64,000 nucleotides of DNA from Promethearchaeota archaeon (GTDB lineage Archaea > Asgardarchaeota > Lokiarchaeia > Sigyniarchaeales > SOKP01), in contig JAHPZA010000001.1 of assembly GCA_019058445.1 (NCBI GenBank), forward strand, positions 96,001 to 160,000, read 5' to 3'. Below are positions 18,551-29,880 of the stretch, one piece after another. Position numbers and translations under genes: made by a program. Position 1 is the stretch's first letter, and each line of letters starts with the position of its first letter. A model generated the notes under the pieces. It was not told where the DNA came from, made no database searches, and was given only the letters and a program-made list of their open reading frames with translations.

Positions 18551-20023
18551 ATGAATTTGAACAAAATAGACGATAATATCTATGAAATTCCACCTAAGAC
18601 AATAATGGTAAGAGTTCATGGTGAAATTAAAAAGTTTCACATGAAGGTTCCTGCCCATATTTATGCAAACGAATATATCTTAGGCAGGATTCAACAGGAT
18701 AGAACTTTAGATCAGATAAGTAATGTTGCCTGTTTACCCGGAATTGAAAAACATGCAATAGCTCTTTCAGATGCTCATCAAGGATATGGATTTTGTATTG
18801 GTGGTGTTGCTGGAACTGATGCCAATTCTGGTATGGTCTCCCCAGGAGGAGTGGGCTACGATATTAATTGCGGAGTGAGATTACTTCGCACCAATTTGTT
18901 GTTAAATGATATCGAAAAAATACTTCCAGATTTGTTGAATTCCATTTTTAGAAATATCCCTTCAGGATTGGGGTCCAAAGGGAAATTAAATATAAATTAT
19001 TCAGATTTAGATAAAGTATTAGATAATGGATTAAATTGGGCGTTAGAGAAAGGATATGCAATAGAAGAGGACCTAAAACATTGTGAAGAAAATGGGTGCT
19101 TAAAAGATGCAGATGCGAGCTTAGTATCTGAAAAAGCAAAACAAAGAGCAATTAAACAATTGGGCTCTTTAGGGAGTGGGAATCATTTTCTTGAAATACA
19201 AAAGGTTGATGAGATATATAATCAAGAAATTGCACAAAAATTAGGATTTAATGAGAAAAATCAAATTACTGTAATGGTGCATACTGGTAGTAGAGCATTA
19301 GGGCATCAAGTATGTACCGATTCACTGCGAAATATTGAACGTGCAATGAAGAAATACCAAATTAAAGTCCCTGATAGAGAACTCGCATGTGTACCCGCTG
19401 ATACACCAGAAGCACAAAATTATTTAAGTCAAATGGCTTGCGCTGCAAATTTTGGATTTAATAATCGGCAATTAATTACTCATTGGTTAAGAGAAGCGTT
19501 TCAGGGAATATTTAAAAAACAATTTGAAGATTTAGATTTAAACCTAATATATGGTGTTTGCCATAATATTTTAAAAATCGAAGAACATGAAGTGGACGGA
19601 AAGAAAATGAAACTAAATGTCCATAGGAAAGGCGCTACTAGAGCGTTTCCTCCCGGTCATCCAGAGATCCCACAAGATTATAAAGATATTGGACAGCCTG
19701 CATTAATTCCAGGAACCATGGGTTCTGCCTCTTATGTATGCGTTGGAAAACCAAAAGCAATGGATTTATCATTTGGTTCAACAGCTCATGGTTCTGGAAG
19801 ATTAATGTCTCGTTCTAAGGCTAAAAAGAAATACTGGGGAGAGCAAATTAAAAAAGATTTAAGTAAAAAAGGTATTCTTGTAAAGGCGGCTTCCATGCAG
19901 GTTATTGCTGAAGAAGCTCCCGGAGCATATAAAGATATTGATCAAGTAGTAAATGTGAGCCATGATCTTGGAATTGTTGAAAAGATCGTTAGGTTAGTAC
20001 CTGTAGGCGTTGTAAAAGGTTAA
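18551..20023 (+). CDS. rtcB: tRNA-splicing ligase RtcB
   Basis: DAHQGYG, VGYDINCG, GSGNHF, HTGSR, HRKGAT, HGSGR, EEAPGAYK. Confidence 0.97.
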   Translation: MNLNKIDDNIYEIPPKTIMVRVHGEIKKFHMKVPAHIYANEYILGRIQQDRTLDQISNVACLPGIEKHAIALSDAHQGYGFCIGGVAGTDANSGMVSPGGVGYDINCGVRLLRTNLLLNDIEKILPDLLNSIFRNIPSGLGSKGKLNINYSDLDKVLDNGLNWALEKGYAIEEDLKHCEENGCLKDADASLVSEKAKQRAIKQLGSLGSGNHFLEIQKVDEIYNQEIAQKLGFNEKNQITVMVHTGSRALGHQVCTDSLRNIERAMKKYQIKVPDRELACVPADTPEAQNYLSQMACAANFGFNNRQLITHWLREAFQGIFKKQFEDLDLNLIYGVCHNILKIEEHEVDGKKMKLNVHRKGATRAFPPGHPEIPQDYKDIGQPALIPGTMGSASYVCVGKPKAMDLSFGSTAHGSGRLMSRSKAKKKYWGEQIKKDLSKKGILVKAASMQVIAEEAPGAYKDIDQVVNVSHDLGIVEKIVRLVPVGVVKG

Positions 20024-20029
20024 AATAGA

Positions 20030-20467
20030 TTATATATCAAAAACGATATCAATTTCCACTCTATTTAGTTCTTCTTCTATTTTCATAAAAGAATAGGTAA
20101 TTGCTTTGACTTCAATTCCTGTATCGTGTTTTAATTTATCGAATTTCTCTCCTTTTAATATAGCGAATAATTCAAATTGTCCATTAATTTTTTTAATGTG
20201 TTTTATTTCAATGTCTCTAAATACTAAATCTTCCACATCAAAAATATATAGGAATTCACTGAGAAAATCAAACAAAAGAGCCTCTTTATCCTCTGCTTTA
20301 ACTTCTAAAACTTTCTCAATTTGAGGAGTTATTTTATTCAAATCTGGAGTAATTGTCGCCATTAGACTGTATGCGGTTTGAGCAAAGGCTTGTTCAAGAT
20401 TGTTACCCCAAGATTTAACTTGTACATCAGCAGTGTGATCAATAAATTTATATCCAGATTCCTTCAT
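20030..20467 (-). CDS. archease
   Basis: DHTAD, VKAITY, C-terminal FDI; adjacent to rtcB. Confidence 0.95.
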   Translation of the reverse strand: MKESGYKFIDHTADVQVKSWGNNLEQAFAQTAYSLMATITPDLNKITPQIEKVLEVKAEDKEALLFDFLSEFLYIFDVEDLVFRDIEIKHIKKINGQFELFAILKGEKFDKLKHDTGIEVKAITYSFMKIEEELNRVEIDIVFDI

Positions 20468-20570
20468 GAATTCCTTTATTTTTCAACTATTTTCTTTTTA
20501 CTATTGCATAATTGTTAGTAGTAAATAAAAATATATGAGTTTAAAATGGTTTTAATAAATTTGATTATGT

Positions 20571-21152
20571 ATGTTAAGCTTATATAATGCATTCGTAATT
20601 TATTTTACTTGCTTACTTTTGATTGAATTCCTTATCATCATTCTACTTTACAGCCATTCTAATTTTTTTGAGACAGACAGTTTGTTTTCAATGCGTGTTT
20701 CGATGAAGAAACGATATATGAATGATGAACTCAAATATTATCGTTACTTTTACCAAAAAATTAAAGTAAAACCGGAAAATATTATAATTGTAGGGAATTT
20801 TGTCTTTTTTTTCGTTAAAGGGAGTGATTTTTTCAAAGTAAAGGCCCATTTGGGCTCATTAAGAAGGAATCTAGGAAGTAAGGTGCTAATAATAAGGGCA
20901 GAGAATACATTGATAACTCTGCTATTCAGCTTTTTTCCCGACCTTTATATTCATGACATAGTGAGTATTATGAACAAATATACAGGGAATATAAATATTA
21001 CGATTTATTTTATATCTTTTGAAGAGAGAGGGATTGCTATTGGGCGAAATGGGGAATATATTAAAGCAGTTAACGAAATTTTTAAAAAATATATTACTTT
21101 TGAAAAAGACATCGATTCTATTAAAATCAAATGTGAATTTTTTCAACTTTGA
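20571..21152 (+). CDS. NusA-like KH-domain protein (true start probably ~20691-20718)
   Basis: RGIAIGRNGEYIK KH GxxG motif. Confidence 0.65.
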   Translation: MLSLYNAFVIYFTCLLLIEFLIIILLYSHSNFFETDSLFSMRVSMKKRYMNDELKYYRYFYQKIKVKPENIIIVGNFVFFFVKGSDFFKVKAHLGSLRRNLGSKVLIIRAENTLITLLFSFFPDLYIHDIVSIMNKYTGNINITIYFISFEERGIAIGRNGEYIKAVNEIFKKYITFEKDIDSIKIKCEFFQL

Positions 21153-21157
21153 AGTCC

Positions 21158-21922
21158 TTACCAAGGGACATCTTTTAAACCTAATATAAACGCAATAGTA
21201 TTAGCAATTACACTTACGCTGGGGGTTAAAATCATAAGAAATATGATTATATTAATATCTGGAATCCAAAATAATTCCGGTAATAATAATGCGGGAATAG
21301 ATGCTAAGATTATAGCAAAGAAAGCAAAATCCAATTGATCAATGATAGGTGCTGGTGCTCCGCTCTCAAGATTGAATCGACGTTTTAAGAAGGAACCAAT
21401 CAAATCACCAATCGCGGCACCATACGCACATAGAATAATTCTTATAATAAGAGAAATAAATCCTGATGGAAAGGTTCCTCCGATGAAATAATATTTATAA
21501 TAAGAAATATCTTCATAAATTACAAATAATCCTTCTTTTGCAGACCCTTTTTGGTATTCAGCAATATAAGGCCAAAAAATTAGAAATAAAAACCCTACTG
21601 CAACAGATATAGGAATTCCAATATATAAAGGTCCCTTGATTAATCCATTCCAAGTCTTATGATCTCCAAAAATCCTCCTTCCATCACTCCAATTTCTCCC
21701 TCCATCTATGGGTTTACCACCTCCTACAAGAACCATTCCAGCATTTGAGAGATAAGCAGGAAAAATAAAGAGGAGACTAAAAACTAGAATCGAAATCCAA
21801 TCAGAATAACTATAAAGTAGAGTTATAATGAGGAAGTCTAAAAACAACAAACTTGCAAAAAAAATCGTTAATCCAAATGTTATTTTTTTATGCTTCTGTT
21901 CTATAGTATTATTTTCATCCAC
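21158..21922 (-). CDS. carS: CDP-archaeol synthase
   Basis: PAYLSN, PIDGG..DGRRIFGDHKTWNG, GDLIGSFLKRR, DQLDF. Confidence 0.93.
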   Translation of the reverse strand: MDENNTIEQKHKKITFGLTIFFASLLFLDFLIITLLYSYSDWISILVFSLLFIFPAYLSNAGMVLVGGGKPIDGGRNWSDGRRIFGDHKTWNGLIKGPLYIGIPISVAVGFLFLIFWPYIAEYQKGSAKEGLFVIYEDISYYKYYFIGGTFPSGFISLIIRIILCAYGAAIGDLIGSFLKRRFNLESGAPAPIIDQLDFAFFAIILASIPALLLPELFWIPDINIIIFLMILTPSVSVIANTIAFILGLKDVPW

Positions 21923-22169
21923 GATGTATCCTTCTAATTATAAGAAATTTGAGAAAATTAGATAATTAAATGTTGTTTTATTAATAATATTATTTTTTTA
22001 AAATTTTTATTAATATGCACTTAACTGATATTGTTTGGCAAATAATTATCTTTAAAATTACCGACAATAATATTGTTAATTATTGATAAGGGAATTTAAT
22101 TTAGACTTTATATTAAGCATTTAACATTTATATTTTGATTTGACTATTAATAAGTAACTTTATAAATGG

Positions 22170-22260
22170 GTTTCGACTGCAATATATACAATGAAATGGT
22201 TCTTGAAGTTGGAAACGATGACCAAAATCTGCATTTTTAGAACCATTTTTTCGATTGGAA
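22170..22260. promoter_or_regulatory. cluster of mini-ORB-like boxes upstream of cdc6 (candidate origin or autoregulatory sites)
   Basis: TTGCAGTCGAAAC (-, 22170-22182), TTGAAGTTGGAAAC (+, 22203-22216), TTCCAATCGAAA (-, 22249-22260) next to an AT-rich tract. Confidence 0.4.
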
Positions 22261-22281
22261 TGATTAATAAGGTGCAACGAT

Positions 22282-23577
22282 GTGTTGAAAGATCCAAAGG
22301 AATTTAACATAGACAAATTCTACGAAAAATATAGAAATGGACCGAAGATTTTTAAAAAGAGAGGTGCCTTAGAGCCATCATTTATACCAGATGAATTACC
22401 TCATAGAGATGCACAAATCCAAAAAGTTGCTGAATTAACGGCTTGTGCCTTGCTTGGAGACACTCCACCAAGCTTTTTATGCTATGGGCCAACAGGTACA
22501 GGTAAAACGGCAACAATTCGTTACGTGAGTCAAAAATTAGAACAACAATGTACACAAGATAAGCCATGGTGGATTTACATTAATTGCAGCGTAGTTTCTA
22601 CCCCCTATCGGATTTTAGCTCACATTTATAATAGGATTTCTGGTTCTGAAAAGATACCTCCAACAGGGCTTCCAAAAGATATTATCTTTAAAAAACTCTT
22701 AGGTATTTTAGATCAAAAGGTACAATCTATATGTTTTTTGGTTTTTGATGAAATAGATATGTTAACTGAGAAAAAAAAGGGAACAAAAATTTTATACGAT
22801 TTAACACGATTAAATGAGAACTTAGATTCCTGTAAAACGAGTGTAATTGGGATTTCAAACAAGTTAAAATTCAAAGAATATTTAGATCCAAGAGTGATAT
22901 CAAGTTTAGGACAAGAACACATAGTTTTTCCGTCTTATAATGCTGATGAGTTAAGAGATATCCTCAATGAAAGAGCAAAGATTGCATTCCATGAAGGAGT
23001 TATAAAGGATGACGTAATTCCTTTATGTGCGGCATTGGCAGCCAAGGAACATGGAGATGCTAGAAAAGCGCTGCAATTGTTAAGAAAAGCAGGAGAGTTG
23101 GCAGCAAGAGCTCAAAATAAATTAGTGACACATAAGCATTTAGAAGATGCTCAAAAAGATTTAGATCAAGACCATATTGTCGATTACATTAAAGGGTTGC
23201 CCCTTCAAGCTCAAGTAGTGTTAGCTGCGATCTTTTTAATTTCAAAATATGACCCTAATCATATTATAATTTCAGGTGACATTTATGATATCTATTTCGA
23301 ATTAACCCAAAAAATACCCGGAATCCGCAGATTAACAGAGAGAAGAATAAGTGATTACATTAATGAATTAGATCAGGCAGGCATAATTATTACAAATTTA
23401 AAGTCAGCAGGTCATTATGGGAGGACAAAAATCATCAAATTAGACATAGATTTAGAGTTATTAGAAAATATTTTCTTGGAAATTGACAAATTTCAGAACA
23501 TAATAAATTATAAACCAGTGTTTCTTCAATCCGATAAAGTTAAAGTCAAAAATAACATTTACAAAAAACTAATTTAA
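22282..23577 (+). CDS. cdc6: Orc1/Cdc6 replication initiator
   Basis: LPHRD, GPTGTGKT, FDEID, HGDARKAL, C-terminal wHTH GHYGRT. Confidence 0.96.
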   Translation: MLKDPKEFNIDKFYEKYRNGPKIFKKRGALEPSFIPDELPHRDAQIQKVAELTACALLGDTPPSFLCYGPTGTGKTATIRYVSQKLEQQCTQDKPWWIYINCSVVSTPYRILAHIYNRISGSEKIPPTGLPKDIIFKKLLGILDQKVQSICFLVFDEIDMLTEKKKGTKILYDLTRLNENLDSCKTSVIGISNKLKFKEYLDPRVISSLGQEHIVFPSYNADELRDILNERAKIAFHEGVIKDDVIPLCAALAAKEHGDARKALQLLRKAGELAARAQNKLVTHKHLEDAQKDLDQDHIVDYIKGLPLQAQVVLAAIFLISKYDPNHIIISGDIYDIYFELTQKIPGIRRLTERRISDYINELDQAGIIITNLKSAGHYGRTKIIKLDIDLELLENIFLEIDKFQNIINYKPVFLQSDKVKVKNNIYKKLI

Positions 23578-24257
23578 CTCATAAACTCCCATTTATTAAT
23601 ATTTTCTGCTATTTCACGTAAAAAGTTTGTAGCAGACTTTTCATCTTTTTCTCTTAGTAAAAGGAATAACTTAGCTAAATGCTTACAAAATTTCTTATTT
23701 TGTGATCTTCTCGTTTGGAAATCATGACAGTTATGGATTAGTTTTTGGTTGTTAGTATTAATATCAATCACATAAGGTTCTTTTTTTGAGCCCATATACT
23801 CTGATTTAATACTTCCTTTTTCAAAATTAAATTCATTTATTTTAAAATCTTGTTCTGAAATAGATACTGTCCTATTTATCGTTCCTTTATCTAAGAAAGC
23901 TTTTAAAAGGATATTAAAATTCGAAGTTTTATCCGTTTTAAAGTTATTCACAGCTCTACTATCCCGTTGAGCGCCATCTATTTTGGATATAATTATCTCT
24001 TTTCTTTCCAGTTGCCAATTATTTAGCATTTTCTTTAAATTTCGAGATAATGTAAGAGTTTTTTGCTCATCTATTTCCAATAATTTATTATCAATAGAAT
24101 TTTGAATAAATTTTTCCGCATTTTGAGGAGGAAACAGAAATAATTCAAATGAAATTTTATACATTAAATCATTTAGGGCTATGTGAGGAAGGTCTATAAT
24201 TTTCCAAATATACAAAACAAGATCTGACGGATTTTTACGAGGAATTGCAAAATTCAT
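23574..24257 (-). CDS. SWIM-type Zn-finger protein
   Basis: GSKKEPYVI..HNCHDF..FCKH. Confidence 0.7.
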   Translation of the reverse strand: MNFAIPRKNPSDLVLYIWKIIDLPHIALNDLMYKISFELFLFPPQNAEKFIQNSIDNKLLEIDEQKTLTLSRNLKKMLNNWQLERKEIIISKIDGAQRDSRAVNNFKTDKTSNFNILLKAFLDKGTINRTVSISEQDFKINEFNFEKGSIKSEYMGSKKEPYVIDINTNNQKLIHNCHDFQTRRSQNKKFCKHLAKLFLLLREKDEKSATNFLREIAENINKWEFMS

Positions 24258-24292
24258 TTAGATTCAAATTTTAAATCTATAATTATAATAAA

Positions 24293-26083
24293 TTAATGAT
24301 TCTTAAAATCAATTGGGCTTGGATTAAGAGTATTTAGCTCAATAATTGGCACGATACCTGGTGTAGGATGGATCCCGAAGCTCTTCATAAAGTCTGTTTG
24401 AGATTGAAAACATCCTGAGTTGACTAAGGGCACATTATTATAATCTCCCATTCCAAAAATATGTACATGTCCTGTATGAAATATATCAGGAATTTTATCA
24501 ATTACAAGCCAATCTTTATTCACTGGAGCAATTTGTGTCTTTTTTCCAAAAATGGGTGCCAAATGTCTACAAATCAGTAACTCTTTCATTGTTTCGATTG
24601 GATTATTATTATCTAATCCAGGAATCAATTGATTCATATCAATTAAGCTATCTCCATGGAAAACAAGTGTTTTTACATTATGAGTTTTAATCACAGCTGG
24701 ATTTCCAATACATTTAACTCCATTATTAATTAAGGGTTCAACATACTTTTTTGGCACAGCAGGTCGAGGAATAGCATTCCTTACGGGTTCATGATTACCA
24801 GAACTATAAAAAATCTTAATATAATCGGGAATTTCAGAAAGTAATTCCGAAGCTTTTTCATATTGATGATATAAATCTTTAATTATAAGGTCTTCCTCCT
24901 GCATAGGATAAACACCTATTCCGTCGATTAAATCTCCATTAATAACAAGATATTTTATCTTTCCAGCAATTTCTCTTAATTTTTTATTGCCAATTTTGCC
25001 ATTTAAGAACATTACAAATCTATTCCATAGATCCTCCTCAAATTCCTTACTTCCAATATGAGTATCAGAGATAAGGGTTATTGATAGAGGCTCAGAAGAG
25101 ACTTCTGGTTGAAAGTCTTGGGGAATATCAATTTTTGTTAAATTATTTGAAAACATTATACCCTTTTTCCCATTTTCTCCTGGATTATAAGTCCCATCTA
25201 CAAAAATCATCTGATCTAGAATTGTCCTTCCAAGGGTTTTAATTATTTCTTGATCTTCAATATCTTTTCTAATAATAACATTAATTTTACCAGTTTTATC
25301 TTCTAAGGTTAAAAAATAATTTCCGTTTTTAGTTTTTCTTATTTCATTGACCATTCCAATAACAGCAATCTCTTGGCTTTTTGTATTCCTTAAAACATTA
25401 TTAATCGTTGTAGCTGAGAGAGTATCGCCTCGATTTTTCATCAATTTTGAAAGTTGGTTAAACTTATCTATAGTCAGTTCATAAAACTCATCATAATCTC
25501 CTTTTGTGTATATTTTTCCTGTTGGATCCTTTAAGACGTCATATTCAAAACTGTATTCTTTTGCAATTGGTTTATATATCAGAGATGATTTTGCAGACTC
25601 AGTTGGTCTAATCCTAAGTGCTTCTTTTACTATTTTTTCGGGAGATTTATATGATTTTGAACTTTCTTGAAAGTGTACTTTTGTACCATCACTTTCGGCT
25701 TTAATTTTTTTGAAATCTTTTGATATGATATGATGTTTTTGCTCTTTATCAGATGTTTCTGAGAGATTTTTAGAATTTTCAAGTGGAATTATAGTAGTAT
25801 CCCTCTTATTTGAAGTTTCATAAGAGAGCGTAAGTTCTTCTTTCATTGAAAGCCTGTTTAAAGCTTTTTGGATTTCTTCGTTGGAAATCGTTTTTAAAAT
25901 ATGTTTAGTAAGATGTCCATTGAATGTTGGTATAAAACTTACTTCTCTGATGATCTGGTCGGTAAAAGCGACAGGATCATTGAGATTACTAATAAAATCC
26001 AGCATAAATGGCGTTAAATTTATTCCAGAATCAACAAATTTTTTAAGAATTAGGTTATGTTTCTCTGAATTTAATTCATTCAA
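24293..26083 (-). CDS. polB: DNA polymerase D small subunit DP1
   Basis: OB fold, SDTHIGS, GDLIDG, GNHE, FHG, HTGHVH calcineurin-like motifs. Confidence 0.95.
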   Translation of the reverse strand: MNELNSEKHNLILKKFVDSGINLTPFMLDFISNLNDPVAFTDQIIREVSFIPTFNGHLTKHILKTISNEEIQKALNRLSMKEELTLSYETSNKRDTTIIPLENSKNLSETSDKEQKHHIISKDFKKIKAESDGTKVHFQESSKSYKSPEKIVKEALRIRPTESAKSSLIYKPIAKEYSFEYDVLKDPTGKIYTKGDYDEFYELTIDKFNQLSKLMKNRGDTLSATTINNVLRNTKSQEIAVIGMVNEIRKTKNGNYFLTLEDKTGKINVIIRKDIEDQEIIKTLGRTILDQMIFVDGTYNPGENGKKGIMFSNNLTKIDIPQDFQPEVSSEPLSITLISDTHIGSKEFEEDLWNRFVMFLNGKIGNKKLREIAGKIKYLVINGDLIDGIGVYPMQEEDLIIKDLYHQYEKASELLSEIPDYIKIFYSSGNHEPVRNAIPRPAVPKKYVEPLINNGVKCIGNPAVIKTHNVKTLVFHGDSLIDMNQLIPGLDNNNPIETMKELLICRHLAPIFGKKTQIAPVNKDWLVIDKIPDIFHTGHVHIFGMGDYNNVPLVNSGCFQSQTDFMKSFGIHPTPGIVPIIELNTLNPSPIDFKNH

Positions 26084-26331
26084 TATAAATCCATCCGTAG
26101 GTGAATTATAATATTTATTGTAAAGTTAAATTAAATCATTTGTTATTAAAGGAAAAACATTTTTTCTTTTTATATAATAAGGCAGTGATAAATTAACAAT
26201 CTCTCTTGATTAAAAAACAAAATCGAATAGTGGATTAATAACTGTATTTATTTTTCACAGAAGAATAATCATATTATATTCGGAGAATATTTTATTAATA
26301 ACTCCAAAATTAGATTGTAAGGTTTTAATTC

Positions 26332-29300
26332 ATGGTAGAAATGAGTAGGGAGATGCAGAAGTATTTTGAATTATTACAACGTAAAGTTAATCAATGTTAT
26401 GACATTGCTGAAGAAGCCCGTAAAAAGGGTGTTGATCCAGAACTCTCTGTTGAATCACCACAAGCTAAAGATTTAGCTGGAAGAGTAGAGAAGTTAGTAG
26501 GTCCCGAGGGGGTTGCTGAAGTAATAAGGAGCTTAAAAAGGCAGGGGCAAAGCGATGATAAAATTACATTTCATATTGTATCAGATATTTTAGATGGGAA
26601 AATTGGTAATATAGAATTGTTGGAAGAGAAAGTAGAGAGAGCAATTAGAGTTGGCTTGGCAATAAAAACCATGGGAGTAGTAAGCGCCCCTCTTGAGGGA
26701 ATTTCAAAAATTAAAGTTCGAAAAGATCAACAAGGAAATCAATATTTATCATTATACTTTGCGGGTCCTATTAGGGCAGCGGGGGGTACTACAGCAGCGT
26801 TATGTGTGCTTATCGCAGACTATGTAAGAAAAAAATCAAATATTCCAAAGTATACTGCTACTGAAGGAGAGATTGGAAGATATGTGGAAGAAGTAAAATT
26901 ATATGATAGAAGAGTTCACCTCCAATATCCTTCATCAAATGATGAAATAAGATATGCTGTTGAGCATCTACCAGTTGAGATCAATGGAGACTCGACAGAA
27001 ATTGAGGAGGTTTCGGCATTTAGAGATCTGCCCAGAGTAGAAACTAATAACATCCGAGGAGGTGCTTGTCTCGTATTAAATGACGGAATACTCCTGAAAG
27101 CACCGAAACTTCTTAAAATAGCTAAAAGTATGAACTTGGAAGGCTGGGATTGGTTAAGTAATTTAAAAAAAATTTCATTAAAAGAAGAAAAATCTGATGA
27201 AAATAGCAATATTAACGAAAAAAGTCATATTCAAAAGAAACCATTGGAAAAAATATTACCAAATAATAAATTTGTTGCCGATATTATTGCAGGTCGACCA
27301 GTTTTTAGTTACCCATCCGTAATAGGAGGGCATAGGATTAGATATGGTAGATCACGTAATACAGGTTTAGCTGCAGGAGGAATTCATCCAGCGACTATGG
27401 CATTATTAGATAATTTTATTGCTATCGGAACCCAACTTAGGATAGAGCGTCCTGGAAAAAGTGCGAGTATTTGTCCAGTAAGCAGTATTGAGTCTCCAAT
27501 CGTGAAAGTAAAAAATGGGGATATTCTTAGAGTTAACACAATTAAAGAGGCAAATGAAATAGCTCCAGATATTGATCAAATCCTTTTTATTGGTGATATC
27601 CTTTTTGGATTTGGCGAATTTGCTGAAAATAATCATAAATTAGTCCCTTCTGGTTATGTTGAAGAATGGTGGGCTAAAGAATTAGAAGAGGTCGTTCAAA
27701 ATAAAGACAAAGAAATAGAGATCTATTACAAAAAACCTTTCGAAAAGGTGCCAACCCCAGAGGAAGCATTAAAAATCTCTTTGAAGTACAATATCCCTCT
27801 GCATCCTAAATATTTGGATTTTTGGGGGAACTTAACCGTTGAAGAAATAATAACTTTAAGAGATGAGCTTATAGAAGCATTTGATGAGTCAACAAAAACC
27901 ATTATATTGAAAAATAAAGCCCCGATAAAGCAAATCTTAGAAAGGGCCTTTGTACTTCATATTGTAAAAGATAATAACCTTATATTCTCACAAAATATGA
28001 CCCAAATTTATGAAATCATCTTTGACTTACATAATAAAAGAACTATTAAAAAAAGCGACAATGATACGGTATTCACTTATTTCAATAAAATTTCACCCAT
28101 AAAAATTAAAAATAAAGCACCTTATTATATGGGAAGTCGCATGGGGCGTCCAGAGAAATCTGAAAGAAAGAGCATGAAAGGCATTCATACATTATTTCCT
28201 TTAAGCGATAAAGTGGGAAATTCTAGACTTGTTGAGAAAGCAATGGAATTAGAAATAAAAGATGATAACAGCGAGGATAATCAAAATAAAGGTCTGAATT
28301 TTGGATCCAAAGAAAAAAAAAATTTTCGAATAAATATAGATGTTTGTAGAAAAGAATGCCCTAGTTGTGGAAGAACTACAATATTCAATTTATGCCCCAA
28401 ATGTAAGGTTCATACAGAACTAAGATCAATCTGTGAAAAATGTAAAAAACGATTTCCGCCAAGCGATCCTAAAGATCAGGCAAAATGCCCTCAATGTGGT
28501 GAAATTTTAAAGAGTTCAAGTCAAACCCCATTTAATATTAAATCATATGTTAATTTTACTTTAAAATCGCTTCAATTACAATTTCCTAAAAAGTTAAAAG
28601 GGATTTTTGGTTTAACTAATAGCTTTAAAGTTCCTGAACCTATAGAAAAGGGAATTCTCAGAGCAAAAGATGACGTTCTTGTATATAAAACAGCAGAAAT
28701 TAGATATGACGCTACAGACATACCTCTTACTCATTTTAAACTAAAAGAAATTGGAACATCCATTGAACAACTCAAAGATCTAGGCTACATGACTGATTAT
28801 CAAGGGAATCCTATTGATGATGAAAATCAAATAATTGAATTAAAAGTCCAAGATGTTGTACTCTCTGATGATTGTGCTGATTATTTCGTCAAGATAGCTA
28901 ATTTTGTTGATGATGAATTAGAATATTTTTATAAAATGAATCGCTTTTACAATATCAATAAGAAATCAGATCTTATTGGTCACCTTGCAGTTGGTTTAGC
29001 TCCTCATACTAGTGCAGGGATAATAGGACGAATAATTGGTTTTACCCTTGCAAGATCCATTTATGCTCATCCTTATTGGCATGCCGCCAAAAGAAGAAAC
29101 TGTGATGGTGATGAAGATGGGATAATGCTCCTTTTGGATCCTCTTTTAAATTTTTCAAGACACTATTTACCAAGTAAGATTGGAGGAAGGATGGATGCTA
29201 CATTAGTAATAAGTTCACTATTAGATCCAAATGAAATAGATCCAGAAGCACATAATTTGGACACTCTTTGTCAATATCCCCTTGAGTTTTACGAAGCGAC

Positions 29301-29856
29301 TGAACGATATGCACCTCCTTCAGAAATAGAAAAAATAATGAACTTAATTAAGAACCGATTAGGATCTAAAGAACAATTCGAGGGAATTGGATTTAACATT
29401 CCAACCACTGATATTAATGAAGGTCCTACAATTTCCAAATACAAGATAGGAGAAATGGATGAAAAAATAGATGCGCAGTTGCATCTCGCAAAAATCATTA
29501 AAGCTGTTGAAGCGAAAAATGTGGCAAAAAAGATTTTATCCTCTCATTTTAATCCCGACATCTTAGGTAATTTGAGAAAATTTGCGGTACAGCAGTTTAG
29601 ATGCGTAAAATGTAATGAAAAATTTAGGAGACCCCCAATTTCGAACGGAGGTAAATGCCCTATCTGTGGAAATAATGTAATTTTAACGGTGAACCGTGGT
29701 GGTATTGAGAAATATATCCCCCGTGCTCTTAAACTATGCAAAGAATTTGATTTAGATAGTTACACACAACAGCGTATGGAATTAATTGAAGAATATGTTG
29801 TTAGTCTTGCGAATAATCCTAAAATCAAACAGCAAAAGTTATCGGACTTCTTTTAA
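26332..29856 (+). CDS. polC: DNA polymerase D large subunit DP2 (no intein)
   Basis: AGPIRAAGGT, RYGRSRNTG, HAAKRRNCDGDED, C-terminal PIP box QQKLSDFF. Confidence 0.97.
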   Translation: MVEMSREMQKYFELLQRKVNQCYDIAEEARKKGVDPELSVESPQAKDLAGRVEKLVGPEGVAEVIRSLKRQGQSDDKITFHIVSDILDGKIGNIELLEEKVERAIRVGLAIKTMGVVSAPLEGISKIKVRKDQQGNQYLSLYFAGPIRAAGGTTAALCVLIADYVRKKSNIPKYTATEGEIGRYVEEVKLYDRRVHLQYPSSNDEIRYAVEHLPVEINGDSTEIEEVSAFRDLPRVETNNIRGGACLVLNDGILLKAPKLLKIAKSMNLEGWDWLSNLKKISLKEEKSDENSNINEKSHIQKKPLEKILPNNKFVADIIAGRPVFSYPSVIGGHRIRYGRSRNTGLAAGGIHPATMALLDNFIAIGTQLRIERPGKSASICPVSSIESPIVKVKNGDILRVNTIKEANEIAPDIDQILFIGDILFGFGEFAENNHKLVPSGYVEEWWAKELEEVVQNKDKEIEIYYKKPFEKVPTPEEALKISLKYNIPLHPKYLDFWGNLTVEEIITLRDELIEAFDESTKTIILKNKAPIKQILERAFVLHIVKDNNLIFSQNMTQIYEIIFDLHNKRTIKKSDNDTVFTYFNKISPIKIKNKAPYYMGSRMGRPEKSERKSMKGIHTLFPLSDKVGNSRLVEKAMELEIKDDNSEDNQNKGLNFGSKEKKNFRINIDVCRKECPSCGRTTIFNLCPKCKVHTELRSICEKCKKRFPPSDPKDQAKCPQCGEILKSSSQTPFNIKSYVNFTLKSLQLQFPKKLKGIFGLTNSFKVPEPIEKGILRAKDDVLVYKTAEIRYDATDIPLTHFKLKEIGTSIEQLKDLGYMTDYQGNPIDDENQIIELKVQDVVLSDDCADYFVKIANFVDDELEYFYKMNRFYNINKKSDLIGHLAVGLAPHTSAGIIGRIIGFTLARSIYAHPYWHAAKRRNCDGDEDGIMLLLDPLLNFSRHYLPSKIGGRMDATLVISSLLDPNEIDPEAHNLDTLCQYPLEFYEATERYAPPSEIEKIMNLIKNRLGSKEQFEGIGFNIPTTDINEGPTISKYKIGEMDEKIDAQLHLAKIIKAVEAKNVAKKILSSHFNPDILGNLRKFAVQQFRCVKCNEKFRRPPISNGGKCPICGNNVILTVNRGGIEKYIPRALKLCKEFDLDSYTQQRMELIEEYVVSLANNPKIKQQKLSDFF

Positions 29857-29880
29857 TTTTAAGAGAGAAATTTCTATACA

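Noticed and set aside
26332-29856. Intein in DP2 (also checked RtcB, Cdc6, RpoB, NrdD)
   Set aside because: Lengths are normal and conserved motifs are contiguous
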